64,000 nucleotides of DNA from the human T2T-CHM13v2.0 reference genome, Homo sapiens (GCF_009914755.1 NC_060940.1); one strand, 5' to 3'; counted from the first letter of the stretch, positions 1 to 18,540 are shown. A program made the numbers and translations. The notes: generated from the letters alone by a model not told the origin.

Positions 1-166
1 AGCTCTGCTATTCAGGCTGTGTGACCTTGGGCAAGTCTCTCCCCATGGTCTCAGTGGGTTGATCTATGGAGCCCAAGCAATAGGATTCTCTCCCCCAGGA
101 ATTTGAAACTTGGAATCCGAGATTGGAAAGTGAGACACATTAATGGTAGAACTCAAGAAAGGTAGG

Positions 167-451
167 GGCTGGGGGCCGTGGCTCACACCTCTAATCCCAG
201 AACTTCGGGAGGCCGAGGTAGGAGGATTGCTTGAGGCCAAGAGCTCAAGACCAGCTTGGGCAACAGAGCAAGACCCTGTCTCTACAAAAAGCAAATTAAA
301 AATTAGCCAGGCATGGTGGCATAGTGGCATTAGCTACTTGGAAGGCTGAGGCAGCAGGATTGCTTGAGCCCAGGAGGTCAAGGATACAGAGAGCTATGAT
401 GGTGCCACTAGATTCTGGTCTGGGTGATGGAGTAAAACCGTGTCTCTAAAA
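167..451 (+). mobile_element. Alu (AluJ-like)
   Basis: Dimeric Alu with A-rich linker and GAGGATTGCTTGAG in both arms. Confidence 0.9.
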
Positions 452-1097
452 AAATTTTTTTAAGAGAGGTAGATCATGAATTCCATCTGCTGCTAAGCTT
501 CCAAAACTCTATTAGTATTTTCCTTCCTATGCAAACTCCTCTCTCATTCAGTGAGAGCACCTGTTATCCTAACAATCACGAATTTATTTTCCTTACATTA
601 ATCAGAGTCAGTTTCTATTGCATGGAACCAGGCAACACTTAGCTACTGTGGCTTAGATAGAAGGAAGTCCTTCCTGCCAGCATGAAAGGAATTGGTCAGT
701 CAGGCAAAGGAGTCTGACCCAAAGGGAAAAGCTGCCACAAAGAGTGACTTTCATCCTTGGGCTAAGAAGCAGGGGCCCAATGGGGCAACTTGTCACATTC
801 AATAAGGATTCTTGGTCAGCCCAACCATGCTCTCCAAGCATCCAGGCATGAATCCCCACAGGGCAAGGCAGCAGAGAGGAGCAACAGTGAGCATGATGGG
901 TTATCTATTCTCCCAGCTCCCCACAGCCCACTGACTGCACTCAGCTGAGTGCAGGCACCAACTTCTTGCATCTGAGTTTTTGCAGCTGCTGTTGGAATCT
1001 CTCTAACACAGAGCTTCTCAACTGGGAACCATTTTGCTCCCCAAGGAGCATCTGACAATGTCTGTGGACATTTTTGGTGATCACAAATTGGGAATGG

Positions 1098-1235
1098 GGG
1101 CTGGAAAGGGTGGCTCATGCCTGTAATCCCAGCACTTTGGGAGGCCAAGGCAGGTGGATCACTTGAGGTCAGGAGTTTGAGACCAGCCTGGCCAACATGG
1201 CGAAATTGCATCTCTACAAAAAATACAAAAATTAG
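1098..1235 (+). mobile_element. AluS left arm (interrupted by L1PA3)
   Basis: Alu left monomer ending in linker AAAAAATACAAAAATTAG. Confidence 0.92.
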
Positions 1236-1686
1236 TTTGGCAGCCAAGATGGCCAAATAGGAACAGCTCTGGTCTATAGCTCCCAGCATGAGTGTTGCAG
1301 AAGATAGGTGATTTCTGCATTTCCATCTGAGGTACCGGGTTCATCTCACTAGGGAGTGCCAGACAGTGGATGCACGACAGTGGGTGCAGCACACCGTGTG
1401 TGACCCAAAGCAGGGTGAGGCATTGCCTCACACGGGAAGTGCAAGGGATCATGGAGTTCCCTTTCCTAGTCAAAGAAAGGGGTGACACATGGCACCTGGA
1501 AAATCGGGTCACTCCCACCCTAATACTGCACTTTTCCAATGGGCTTAAAAAACGGCGCACCAGGAGATTATATCCCACACATGGCTCGGAGGGTCCTACG
1601 CCCACAGAGTCTCGCTGATTGCTAGCACAGCAGTCTGAGATCAAACTGCAAGGCAGCAGTGAGGCTGGGGGAGGGGCACCCACCAT
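1159..1686 (-). CDS. ORF0: L1 ORF0-like antisense ORF, extended to 175 aa and reading into the flanking Alu (expression unknown)
   Basis: [35 protein letters not shown] matches the ORF0 N-terminus; ATG at 1686-1684; frame open to 1159. Confidence 0.45.
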   Translation of the reverse strand: MVGAPPPASLLPCSLISDCCASNQRDSVGVGPSEPCVGYNLLVRRFLSPLEKCSIRVGVTRFSRCHVSPLSLTRKGNSMIPCTSRVRQCLTLLWVTHGVLHPLSCIHCLALPSEMNPVPQMEMQKSPIFCNTHAGSYRPELFLFGHLGCQTNFCIFCRDAISPCWPGWSQTPDLK

Positions 1687-2269
1687 TGTCCAGGCTTGCT
1701 TAGGTAAACAAAGCAGCTGGGAAGCTCCAACTGGGTGGAGCCCACCACAGCTCAAGGAGGCCTGCCTGCCTCTCTAGGCTCCACCTCTGGGGGCAGGGCA
1801 CAGACAAACAAAAAGACAGCAGTAACCTCTGCAGACTTAAATGCCCCTGTCTGACAGCTTTGAAGAGAGCAGTGGTTCTCCCAGCACGCAGCTGGAGATC
1901 TGAGAATGGGCAGACTGCCTCCTCAAGTAGGTCCCTGACCCCTGACCCCCGAGCACCCTAACTGGGAGGCACCCCCCAATAGGGCCAGACTGACACCTCA
2001 CACAGCCAGGTACTCCTCTGAGACAAAACTTCCAGAGGAACAATCAGACAGCAGCATTCGCAGTTCACGAAAATCCGCTGTTCTGCAGCCACCGCTGCTG
2101 ATACCCAGGCAAACAGGGTCTGGAGTGGACCTCTAGCAAACTCCAACAGACCTGCAGCTGAGGGTCCTGTCTGTTAGAAGGAAAGCTAACAAACAGAAAG
2201 GACATCCACACCAAAAACCCATCTGTACATCACCATCATCAAAGACCAAAAGTAGATAAAATCACAAAG
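1236..2269 (+). promoter_or_regulatory. L1 5'UTR internal sense/antisense promoter with YY1 site (1245-1254) and ZNF93-target segment (~2017-2144)
   Basis: CAAGATGGCC YY1 core. The UTR is ~1034 nt versus ~905 in L1HS, and the extra segment is flanked by ACTCC repeats and contains GCAGCCACCGCTGCTG. Confidence 0.8.
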
Positions 2270-3281
2270 ATGGGGAAAAAACAGAGCAGAAAAACTGGAA
2301 ACTCTAAAAACAGAGTGCCTCTCCTCCTCCAAAGGAATGCAGTTCCTCACCAGCAACAGAACAAAGCTTGACGGAGAATGACTTTGACGAGTTGAGAGAA
2401 GAAGGCTTCAGACGATCAAACTACTCCGAGCTACAGGAGGAAATTCAAAGCAAAGGCAAAAAAGTTAAACACTTTGAAAAAAATTTAGACGAATGTATAA
2501 CTAGAATCACCAATAGAGAGAAGTGCTTAAAGGAGCTGATGGAGCTGAAAGCCAAGGCTCGAGAACTACGTGAAGAATGCAGAAGCCTCAGGAGCCAATG
2601 CGATCGACTGGAAGAAAGGGTATCAGTGATGGAAGATGAAATGAATGAAATGAAGCGAGAAGGGAAGTTTAGAGAAAAAGGAATAAAAAGAAACGAACAA
2701 AGCCTCCAAGAAATATGGGACTATGTGAAAAGACCAAATCTACATCTGATTGGTGTACCTGAAAGTGACAGGGAGAATGGAACTAAGTTGGAAAACACTC
2801 TGCAGGATATTATCCAGGAGAACTTCCCCAATCTAGCAAGGCAGGCCAACATTCAGATTCAGGAAATACAGAGAATGCCACAAAGATACTCCTCGAGAAG
2901 AGCAACTCCAAGACACATAATTGTTAGATACACCAAAGTTGAAATGAAGGAAAAAATGTTAAGGGCAGCCAGAGAGAAAGGTCGAGTTACCCACAAAGGG
3001 AAGCCCATCAGACTAACAGCTGATCTCTTGGCAGAAACTCTACAAGCCAGAAGAGAGTGGGGGCCAATATTCAACATTCTTAAAGAAAAGAATTTTCAAC
3101 CCAGAATTTCATATCCAGACAAACTACGCTTCATAAGTGAAGGAGAAATAAAATACTTTACAGACAAGCAAATGCTGAGAGATTTTGTCACCACCAGGCC
3201 TGCCCTAAAAGAGCTCCTGAAGCACTAAACATGGAAAGGAATAACCGGTACCAGCCACTGCAAAATCATGCCAAACTGTAA
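2270..3281 (+). pseudogene. L1 ORF1p remnant (frameshifted)
   Basis: ATG GGG AAA AAA CAG at 2270; 1-nt deletion near 2310; 4-nt deletion near 3221 gives a stop at 3226-3228; 286-aa open core with RRM/CTD motifs (REKG, ARR). Confidence 0.92.
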
Positions 3282-3344
3282 AGACCATCGAGGCTAGGAA
3301 GAAACTGCATCAACTAATGAGCAAAATAACCAGCTAACATCATA

Positions 3345-7166
<3,822 letters not shown>

Positions 7167-7362
7167 ACAATAAGAACATATGGACACAGGAAGGGGAACA
7201 TCACACTCTGGGGACTGTTGTGGGGTGGGGGGAGGGGGGAGGGATAGCATTAGGAGATATACCTAATGCTAAATGACGAGTTAATGGGTGCAGCACACCA
7301 GCATGGCACATGTATACATATGTAACTAACCTGCACATTGTGCACATGTACCCTAAAACTTA

Positions 7363-7617
<255 letters not shown>

Positions 7618-7646
7618 TTACTGGCATCCAGTAGGTAGAGACCAGG

Positions 7647-8433
7647 TGTAACCATTTCTTATTGTAACTGTAAAAACTTGCCATGAATTTAGTGGTTTCA
7701 TTTTTATTTTTTTATTTTGAGACAGGGTCTTGCCCTGTCACCCAGGCTGTAGTGCAGTGGCACCATCATAGCTCACTGTAGCCATGACCTCCTAGGCTCA
7801 GGCCATCCTCCCATCTTAGCCTCCTGAGTTGCTACAACTACAGGGCATGCCACCATACCCAGCTAATTGTTATTTTTTGGAGAGATGGGGCCCAGGCTAG
7901 TCTCTAACTCCTAGGCTCATGCAATACTCCTGCCTCAGCCTCCCAAAGCACTGGGATCACAGGCATGAGCCACCACACCCAGCCAATTAAGTGGTTTTAA
8001 ACAACTCAAATTTGTTCTTATAATTCTAGAGGTCAGAAGACAAAAATGAGTCCACAGGGCTGCATGTCTTCTGGAGGCTCTAGGGGAGAATCTATTCCCC
8101 ACCTTTCCCAGCTTCTAGAGGTTGCCTGCATTCCTTGGCTCATGGCTCCTTCCTCCATCTTCAAAGCAACAGGGTAACATCTTCTCTTCCCACTCTTATT
8201 CTATCATCATGTCACATCATCTTCTAAGGACCCTTGCAATTACCTGAGTCTCACCTGAATAACTCAGAATAATCTCCTCATCTCAAGATTTTTCATTCCA
8301 ATCACATCTGCGAGAGTTTTCTCTTGCTTTGTTTTCGTTTGGATTTTGCCATCTTAATGTAATGTATTCACAGATTCTAGGAGTTGAGATATGAACATCT
8401 TTGAGGAGAGGGGGCATTGTTCTGTCTACCACA
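7647..8433 (-). mobile_element. MaLR solo LTR (MLT1C/D-like)
   Basis: TG...CA ends; perfect 5-bp TSD CCAGG at 7642-7646 and 8434-8438; CTGGAGGCTCTAGGGGAGAATC motif. Confidence 0.85.
7699..7984 (-). mobile_element. AluJ inside MLT1
   Basis: TSD AATT(T/A)AGTGGTTT at 7686-7698 and 7985-7997. Confidence 0.9.
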
Positions 8434-8480
8434 CCAGGTAGACATCCTGCAGCCCGCACAACAAAGGATCATCCAGCTTA

Positions 8481-9095
<615 letters not shown>

Positions 9096-9407
9096 TTACT
9101 CAGAAGGGAAAAAATGAACTCCTCAAACTTTGGGACAGAAAATGGGAAGTAAAAGCAGAGAAAAGCTATCACCAACCCGGTGCCTCATACCTGCCCATTT
9201 TCTGCTTCCACTTCCTGGGAGTAAAAGTCTTTAGGAAGGGAAGGTGAATTAGTATTGATTATACATGCACCAAAAGACAAACACCAGGCTGTATGCCTTA
9301 CGTATGTGACTCTTCCAGGTTGGTGTCATCATTCCCACGTTAACATAAGTGGTAAAGTGAATGGAGACACCAAAGAGGTGTAATATAACTTCTTTAATGA
9401 AATAAAC

Positions 9408-9632
9408 CAGGAGGCAGCAAACGTTTTCTGTAAACCATCAGTTAGTAAATATTTGAGGCTCTTTTGACCATGTGGGCTCTGTTGCAATCACTTAACTCTG
9501 CCCTTGTAGGGCCAAAGCAATCATTGATGCTATGTAAATGAACGGGTGTATGAGGCTGTTCCAATAAAACTTTATTTACAAAAATAGGCAGAGACCAGAT
9601 TTGGCCCTGGAGCTATAGTTTGCTGCCCCCTG
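9408..9632 (+). mobile_element. MER58A hAT MITE
   Basis: CAGGAGGCAGCAAAC...TTTGCTGCCCCCTG termini; CCAATAAAACTTTATTTACAAAA core; degenerate 8-bp TSD AAATAAAC/AAATACAT. Confidence 0.85.
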
Positions 9633-9660
9633 AAATACATTTTTTTAATTCCCAAAATAG

Positions 9661-10943
9661 CCTTCATCAGCAAATATTTCCCAAGCACCTACTATATGTC
9701 GATATACAACTGAACAGCCCAGAAACTACAAAGATGAATAAAGAAGCCAATAAAAGTCCAGGTGCAGTGGCTCACTCCTGTAATCCCAGCACTTTGGGAG
9801 ACCAAGGCAGTGGATCACCTGAGGTCAGGAGTTCGAGACCAGCCTGTCCAATGCAGTGAAACCCCATCTCTACTAAAATTACAAAAATCAGCCAGGCATG
9901 GTGGCGGGTGCCTGTAATCCCAGCTACTCAGGAGGCTGAGGCAGGAGAATCGCTTGAACCCAGGAGACAGAAGTCGCAGTGAGCCTAGATCACACCGCTG
10001 CACTCCAGCCGGGGTGACAGAGCAAGACTCCATCTCAATTAAAAAAAAAAAAAAGCCAATTAAAAATAAAACAGTTCAAATGCCACCACCCAGAAATAAC
10101 CACTATAAACATTTGGTATTTATCATGAATGATTTTTTTAAACTCTATGAACATATATTTTCAAGACAAAAATAAGATGATTGCATACATAATTTTTATG
10201 ACCTAATTTCAAAATAAATCCAAGACTGCTTTCTCTGTCACCAACTGTAAATGTAGATTTAACATTTAATATTTCATGACTATGCAACGATTTGCATGTA
10301 GCAGGATTTGCTGAGTGACCTCCCTATTGATAGACAGTGAGACTGTCTCCTTTTTATCACCAATAGCATTTACCCAGTTTCCTCCTCCGCCCCCTTCTCC
10401 TCCCACTCCCAACCTCCCGCCCTCTTTCTGGCATACCTTACATTGCTCGTGGGAATATAAGTCAGCACAATCTTCCTAAAAACAGTTTAACAATGTGACC
10501 CAGAAATTCTAGGTCTAAGACAAGAGGGCAAAGATAGAGATGTAAAGATGTTCTTGGTAGCATTGCTTAGAATGGTGGAAGAGGGAGGATAGTCTCACTG
10601 TCCATCCACAAGGAGTCATTTCACAAACCCTGCTACATGTAAATCATTGCCATAGTTAAATGTTAAATCTACATTTACAGTTAGTAACAGAGAAAGAAGT
10701 CTTGGATATATTTTGAAATCAGGTCAGAAAAATTATGTGTACAATAATCTTATTTTTATCTTAAAAATATGTGCTTATGGAGTTTTTTATTAAAAAAATT
10801 CATGATAATACCAAGTGTTTATGGTGGTTACTTCTGGGTAGTGGAATTTGAACTTTTACTGGCTTCTTAGTCTTTGTAGCTTCTGTGCTGTTCAGTTCTA
10901 CACTGACACATAGGAGGTGCTGGGGAAATATTTGCCGATAAGG
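9661..10943. repeat. Long imperfect inverted repeat (arms ~9661-10365 including an Alu, and ~10570-10943)
   Basis: Arms are reverse complements at roughly 85% by eye; 27-nt perfect match between 10243-10269 and 10656-10682. Confidence 0.92.
9756..10054 (+). mobile_element. AluS inserted in the left arm of the inverted repeat
   Basis: AAGCCAAT flanks both sides; Alu absent from the right arm. Confidence 0.92.
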
Positions 10944-11079
10944 TGAACACAACACTCCAGCATCAGGGGTTTCATGTGGCTATAAGGAAGGTATTTCTAC
11001 CATGATGCTTGGCAAACACAGGAAAGGATCATTAAAGTCGCATCTGGAATCCCCTTTTCTGAAGGTGTTTTTTTAAAGA

Positions 11080-12360
11080 ATAGAATTATCTTATGATCTT
11101 GAAATGACAAAGGTTTTTCTTAGTATGTCACAAACCCGGGAGACCCCCCCGCAAAAAAAAATTTGATTACATAGAAGTTTTTTAAAAAACAGAGCTGCGG
11201 AACCAAAACCACCCTAAGCAAAGTCAAAATACAAAAGAAAACCCAGGAAATAATGTTTGTGAAGCAAGGCGTGGAAAATGGCTAATTCCCCTAATGTATA
11301 AAATCAATAAGCAAAAGAGCAGATTCATAGAAAAATGGACAAAAGATAAGAACAGTTTGTAAGAAAAGAAACACAAGTGATTCTTGGGCAAATGAAAACA
11401 TGCTCTGTGTTATTCAGAGTAAGATAAATGCAAATTAAAACTATGCTGAGATATCAATTTTCACCTATCAGATTGGCAAAATTAAAAAGAACTCAATAAT
11501 ACATGGTGCTTGATGCCACTATGGGAACTCAAACATTCCTTGAGGGATGGGTGTAAATTTTTTACAACCTCTATGGAGAAAAGTGTGTCATTTGACCCAA
11601 CTATTACACTTTTAGAAATTTATCCCACAGACATTTGCACAGGAGCAAATTGCACCGGTATCAGATTATCGATTATAGTTTTTTTAAATAATAGCAGAAG
11701 AGTAGAAATAACCCAAACATCCATCAGTAGGAGGTTGCTTAAACAAATTATAGGGTACTACATGGTGTACTCTGCCACTCAGAAAAGAAAATAAGAAAGT
11801 TAACTGTGTACTCATAAGGAAGGATCTCCAAGATATGTATTTAAGAGAAAGGTGAAAAAAGCAAATAACGGAGAAGCATTTTTCATATTAAAAAATAAAA
11901 GGAGATGATATGTGAATATCATATATATACTATATATAGTGTGGATATGTATATACATAAACTATACACACTATATATACACATATACATATACACACTA
12001 TATATAGTATATATGTGTGTATATATACACATATACATATACACACTATATGTAGTATATATATACACATATACATATACACACTATATGTAGTATATAT
12101 ATACACATATACACACTATATATAGTATATATACATATACACACTATATATAGTGTATATATGTATATACACCATACACACATACATTTTGCTTATGTAT
12201 GCACAGGATATTTCTAGAAGAATACCAAAGAAATTGGTTCATTTGTTGCTTCAGGGATAGAGGTAGGGGGAAGGTGGTAAATGGAAAAAGGGAGACATTT
12301 CACTGTTTATCCTTTTGTATTTTTTGGAATTTGGACCATGCAAAAGTATTACCTATTCAA
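11080..12360 (+). mobile_element. Ancient L1M ORF2-3'UTR fragment
   Basis: Degenerate ATGCAAATTAAAACTATGCTGAGATATC, TTTGACCCAAC and related L1 3' motifs. Confidence 0.7.
11921..12185. repeat. Compound (TA)/(CA) microsatellite with ~30-40-bp higher-order units
   Basis: Repeats of TATACACATATACATATACACACTATAT(A/G)TAGTATA. Confidence 0.9.
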
Positions 12361-12370
12361 AACATTAATG

Positions 12371-12681
<311 letters not shown>

Positions 12682-13414
12682 TCAGAGCTTCCTATACACT
12701 GTTTCCACTGCTGGAGGTGTTCTGATGTTGACTGACTTACACACACACACACACTCCTCCTGGAAGTATTTTATCTTTCAGATCTCTGTTCAAATGTTAC
12801 TTCCTCCAGGAAGTCTTACCTATCACCTCCACCTCCTCCGCAGAAAGGGAGCTGTTATACCCATTCATGGTACCTTGTGAGATTTATCACAATGGGTATC
12901 AATTAATAATTAACATCTGTCTTCCTTGCTGGAGGTACCAGAGGGACTAGTCTGCCAATGAACCCCAGGCACCAAGTCCAGCATATGCCACATAAGACAC
13001 GCATCTCAGAGACTTTCTTCTGTTGGAAGGGAGGGAAGAAAATAGGAAGAAATAACCACAGTTACACTCCTAGCATGAGCCAGACAGTGGTCTATGCGCT
13101 TTATGCAGATTAGCACATTAAATTCTCACAAGAGAGTTGTGATTCTTGCACAGATGAAAAAAACAGGCTCAGAGAGACCAAGCAACCTGCCCAAGATCCC
13201 CAGGCAGAGGCATGATTCAAACCAGGCAGGCTGGTTCCAGAGCCTATGCTCTTGGCTCCTAGAAGGGAAAACAGAAGAAAGGGAAGAAGAGGAGAGAGGG
13301 AAGAAGAGAGGAGGTTGCTCACAATATCAGGAGGATGCATTTTTCTGCTGTCTCCAGTTCAGTATCTCACAAGACCAGCAAGCCTTCCAGTCTGGGAAGT
13401 TATAAGAACATCAT

Positions 13415-13790
13415 TGTATTACTCCATTTTCATACTGCTGTAAAGAACTGCCTGAGACCGTGTAATTTATAAAGGAAAGAGGTTTAACTGACTTACAGTT
13501 CAGCATGGCTGGGGAGGCCTCAGGAAACTTACAATTGTGGCAGAAAGTGAAGAGGAAAACAATGCATCTTCTTCACAAGGCAGCAGGAAGGAGAAATGCC
13601 GAGCAAAGAGGGAAGCGTTCCTTATAAAACCATCAGATCTCGTGAGAACGCACTGTCATGAAAACAGCGTGGGGGAAACTGCCCCCATGATTTAATTATC
13701 TCCACCTGGTCTCTCCCTTGACATGTGGGGATTATAGGGAATGTAATTCAAGATGAGATTTGGGTGGGGACACAAAGCCTAATCATATCA
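13415..13790 (-). mobile_element. THE1-type MaLR solo LTR (THE1C/D-like)
   Basis: TGTATT...CATATCA ends, 376 bp; GGGGAGGCCTCAGGAAACTTACAAT; TSD ATCAT/ACCAT. Confidence 0.88.
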
Positions 13791-14130
13791 ACCATTAATG
13801 GGGATTCTGTAATGTATATGAAACACTTGCAGACTGACACTACTGGACCTCAACAAAGAGACAGCAGACTTGAAGTATGACAGCTGTCTTATCTAGAGGA
13901 GCAGGTAACATGCATTGTAGATAAATACACTATCTGATGTGGGTTAATAGGCTTCATTGAATTAATGATGACAGAATAATTACAGCGACAAGCAACAGCA
14001 GCAGGGACTCTAATTGAGGATAATTCAAGCACACGGCAAGATCGGAAGTTTTGACTTTAGGACTATGGAAACTTCCCTGAGATTGGAGATTTATTATTTC
14101 TATTATTTTAAATCAACAATATCCACCACT

Positions 14131-14450
<320 letters not shown>

Positions 14451-15053
14451 CTACCATAGCATGTCTGAGCTCTCTGCAAGTCAATGGGAAGTTATCCACA
14501 GGACAGGATTTCCTTACTTTTATTTGTTAATAAGAGAAATGGAAGGGAATGGGAAATCAGAAAAGCAGAGGCATACCAATTTTTGCCATTTCTCCTCACA
14601 TAGAATTTGTTCCTCATCTTAAAGGCTTGGACAGGATGCTGAAAAGTATAAGAGAATGGGGATTACATTCAGGTAATCACAACAGCAATAATAATAGTTA
14701 TCATTTATTGAACCTTTACCTCCAAACAGCATCTAAAGTAAGCACTATTTATACCTTAGCCCACTGAATTCCCAAACTAATTTTGTAGAGTGGGAACAAA
14801 TGTGTTTGCCCATTTTATGGGTAAGACAACTGAGGCTCTGAGAAGTAAAGTGATTTGCCTAAGCTAGGAAAATGCAGAAGTTAAGAAATGAAAGCATTAG
14901 AATAATACCCAAGAAGGGGTCATTTCTGAAGGAGGAGATGGATTCATGAACAAACAAGCAGGCAGGCCAATATGTAATTTGTTGATAAGCATGAATATAT
15001 TTAATTAAATAAGGATCTACTGGATACCTGTCACAAGCCCAGTGCAAGGTCCT

Positions 15054-15641
15054 TGTGGCAGATGGTTTTTTTCCAAAGGTGGCCATAGTGATATCTCCCA
15101 TACCACATGCTGTCATAATGTGACCTTTTATTTCTCTTGTTGAGTGATGAAGTCCATGATCCCTCCCCTTTTAACCTTAGAAACTGCCTCAATCATTAAG
15201 ATTACAGCAGAAAATATGCTATTTGATTTCCAGGGCTAGAACATAAAAAGCATATGCACTTCCTCCTTGTTTTCTTGAGCTACTCGCTGTTGGACCCCAG
15301 CTACTATGTTGTGAGGAAGTCCAGTTAGCCCACCTGAAGAGACCACCTAGGGAGGCCACATGCAGACGTTTTGGCTAACTGGCTAGCTGAGGTCTCAGCT
15401 AACAGTGAGTATGAAATACAGGCATGTGACAGAAGATTCCTCTAGATGCCTTTAGTCCCCAGCCATCAAGTCACCCTCAACTTTTGAGTTTTCCCAGCTG
15501 GGTCCCCAGACATCATGAGGCAGAGCAAGCCACTCTCTCTGGTCTGATTCTTGACCTACAGGATCTGTGAGTGTAATAAAATTGTGGCTTATAGCACTAA
15601 AAATTGGTGTGATTTGTTACCCAGTAATAGCAACTGGAAGA
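15054..15641 (+). mobile_element. MaLR solo LTR (MLT1G/H-like)
   Basis: TGTGGCAG start; GTGAGGAAG and TTTGTTAC...GCAACTGGAA end motifs; TSD GTCCT/GCCCT. Confidence 0.8.
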
Positions 15642-15734
15642 GCCCTCATATATTTTTAATACAAAAAAAAAGTGTGTGAAACAGGACCTGCCCTTCTGTT
15701 TAATTTGGAAAACAAGACTTCTATAACAATGTTA

Positions 15735-16215
15735 TTTACAAAATGTATCTTATAATAGCCAAAAGGTGGAAATAATCCAAATGTCTGTAAACAGATAAAT
15801 AAACAAAATGGGGTCTATCCATACAATGGAAAGTTATTTAGCCATAAAAAGAAATGAAGTACTGATATATTCTACGACAGAAATGTAGAAATTAGAAATT
15901 AGAAAACACTGTGTTTCGTGAAAGAACCAAGACACAAAAGGCCACATATTGTATGACTCCATGTGTATCAAATACTCAGAATGGGCAAATCCACAGAGAC
16001 AGAAAGTAAATTAGTGGTTGCCAGAGGCTGGGGGACAGGAGTGAAAGAGTGGCTGCTTAATGGTAGAGGTCTGGGGTTGGAGGGTGATGAAAACATCCTA
16101 GAATTAGACAGTGGTGATAGTTGAAAAATCTTGAGAATACACTAAGACCACTAAATTATACACTTTTAAATGGTGAGTTTTGTAAGACATGAATTATATC
16201 CCAATGTAAAAAAAA
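15735..16215 (+). mobile_element. L1MB-like 3' fragment
   Basis: ATAGCCAAAAGGTGGAAA...GGCAAATCCACAGAGACAGAAAGTA 3'UTR motifs. Confidence 0.8.
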
Positions 16216-17160
16216 GCAATGTGCCATATTAGGACCTTCTGTGAGGGTGGAAACTCATCAGCTTTGGGGTCAAGTAGATCTGGGTTGTTGTCCAGGGACT
16301 ACCAGTGCCTAATTGTATGGACTTGAGCAAGTTTCTCAGTACCCAAGGGCTCAGATTATCCATCTGTGAAATGGGAATAATAAGACTCACTTTGCAAGGC
16401 TGCTGTCAGGATTAATGATTGTCTTTATCAAAGATGGTAACAGAAACTCACTCGAGCAGCATAAGCCAAAATAAGCATTTTATGAAAGGAATCAGGGACA
16501 TTTTACAGAAGCCCAGGTCACTAAGAACAATTTGGCCACATAAGAAACTTGAACCAGGAATTTAAAATATATCAAAAGCCAAGGTTGATATTCTTTCTGG
16601 CGTATATGTAGTGAACAGAGAAATTTCTTTCAAATTATTCATTCGTGGAAAATCAAGATTTGGCATTGCATTTTAAAGTTAATCCATTAGAGTCACTTAG
16701 TTATTTGCAAAATAACATTTTGGTAAAGGAGAATTTATTTGAATATCAAATAAGAAAAGGTTCAATACCCTACCTGGTAGAGCTGGAAAACAGTTAATGA
16801 TCACAGGCTTGGAACACAAAATCAACCTCCTGTAACAAATTTAGTTTATGACTTTAAAAGGAAAAATGGACTTTTCTACAATAAACATTCAAACAAACAT
16901 GGTTCAAACAAACATGGTTTCCAATAATAAATGTTTTTAAATCTCAAGGTCATAATAAATCAGTCCTGGGACTCTTAAAGCAAACTTTTTTATAGTATAG
17001 GAAAGTGCTTTCCTATTTTATAATCAAAATTAGAAGGAAACTAGACTCTATGTTGACAAGAGACAAACTTACACATAGACTTTAAGTTAATTCTTTAGGG
17101 TAGTTGCCTTAATAGCCATTGACCTTCTTTATTAGTCTGAAGGAGTGATTCTCAGCTCTA

Positions 17161-17830
<670 letters not shown>

Positions 17831-18054
17831 AATACTAATGTCCTGATCCCACTCAAAAAGTCTGATTTAATCCGTATGAAGTAGGGCCTGGCACGTTTGA
17901 CGAACAAGCAAGGAGGCAGGAATGGCTGCAGCGGAGTAAGCAATGGCGAGAGGGACGGGAGATGAGGCCATTGAGGCTAGGGCAGGTGTGTCCTGGCATG
18001 CCAACGTGAGGGCTTGGGATTTTCATCTAAAGAAATGGGGAGCCATCACGGGGA

Positions 18055-18540
18055 CCACTTGGCTAAAGTAGCAAAAAACCAACTCAAATCAGTCCAAGAA
18101 AAGTGGGAAGTTATTGGCTTTTCTAAGTCTAGATAGAGCTGATTTAAAGCTCAACATTATATTATGTCTCTCTCTTTCTCTCCCCCACTTCAATGTCCCT
18201 CTCCCTCTCCCTCTCAATGACTTTCCATCTTTTGGCTCGTTCTCCCTATAGACGAGATTTCTCCTCATGGTATAGGAGACAGCCCCTGGCAGTCCCTGAC
18301 TCACTTCTTTCAGCCCCATTATTCAAAAGCCAAGACCCTGTCTCTCACAGCTCTGTATTAAAGAACAAAAAACATTCTGAATAGGTGATTGGCTTAGCTA
18401 AGGTCACGTGCCCATAGCTGGACCAATCCACATGGCCAGGATATTGGGGAACTCTGATTGGCCTGGTCACTTGCCCAGTCCTTCTACGGGAGTGAGGGAG
18501 AAGGCAGGATGCTGGGACTGGAAATTATCAGGACTGATGT
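18055..18540 (-). mobile_element. Old MaLR LTR fragment (MLT1J/K-like)
   Basis: AAACCAACTCAAA and CTCTGATTGGCCTGGTCAC motifs. Confidence 0.55.

Noticed and set aside
11921-12185. CRISPR-like periodic array
   Set aside because: Low-complexity microsatellite with no unique spacers, in eukaryotic DNA.
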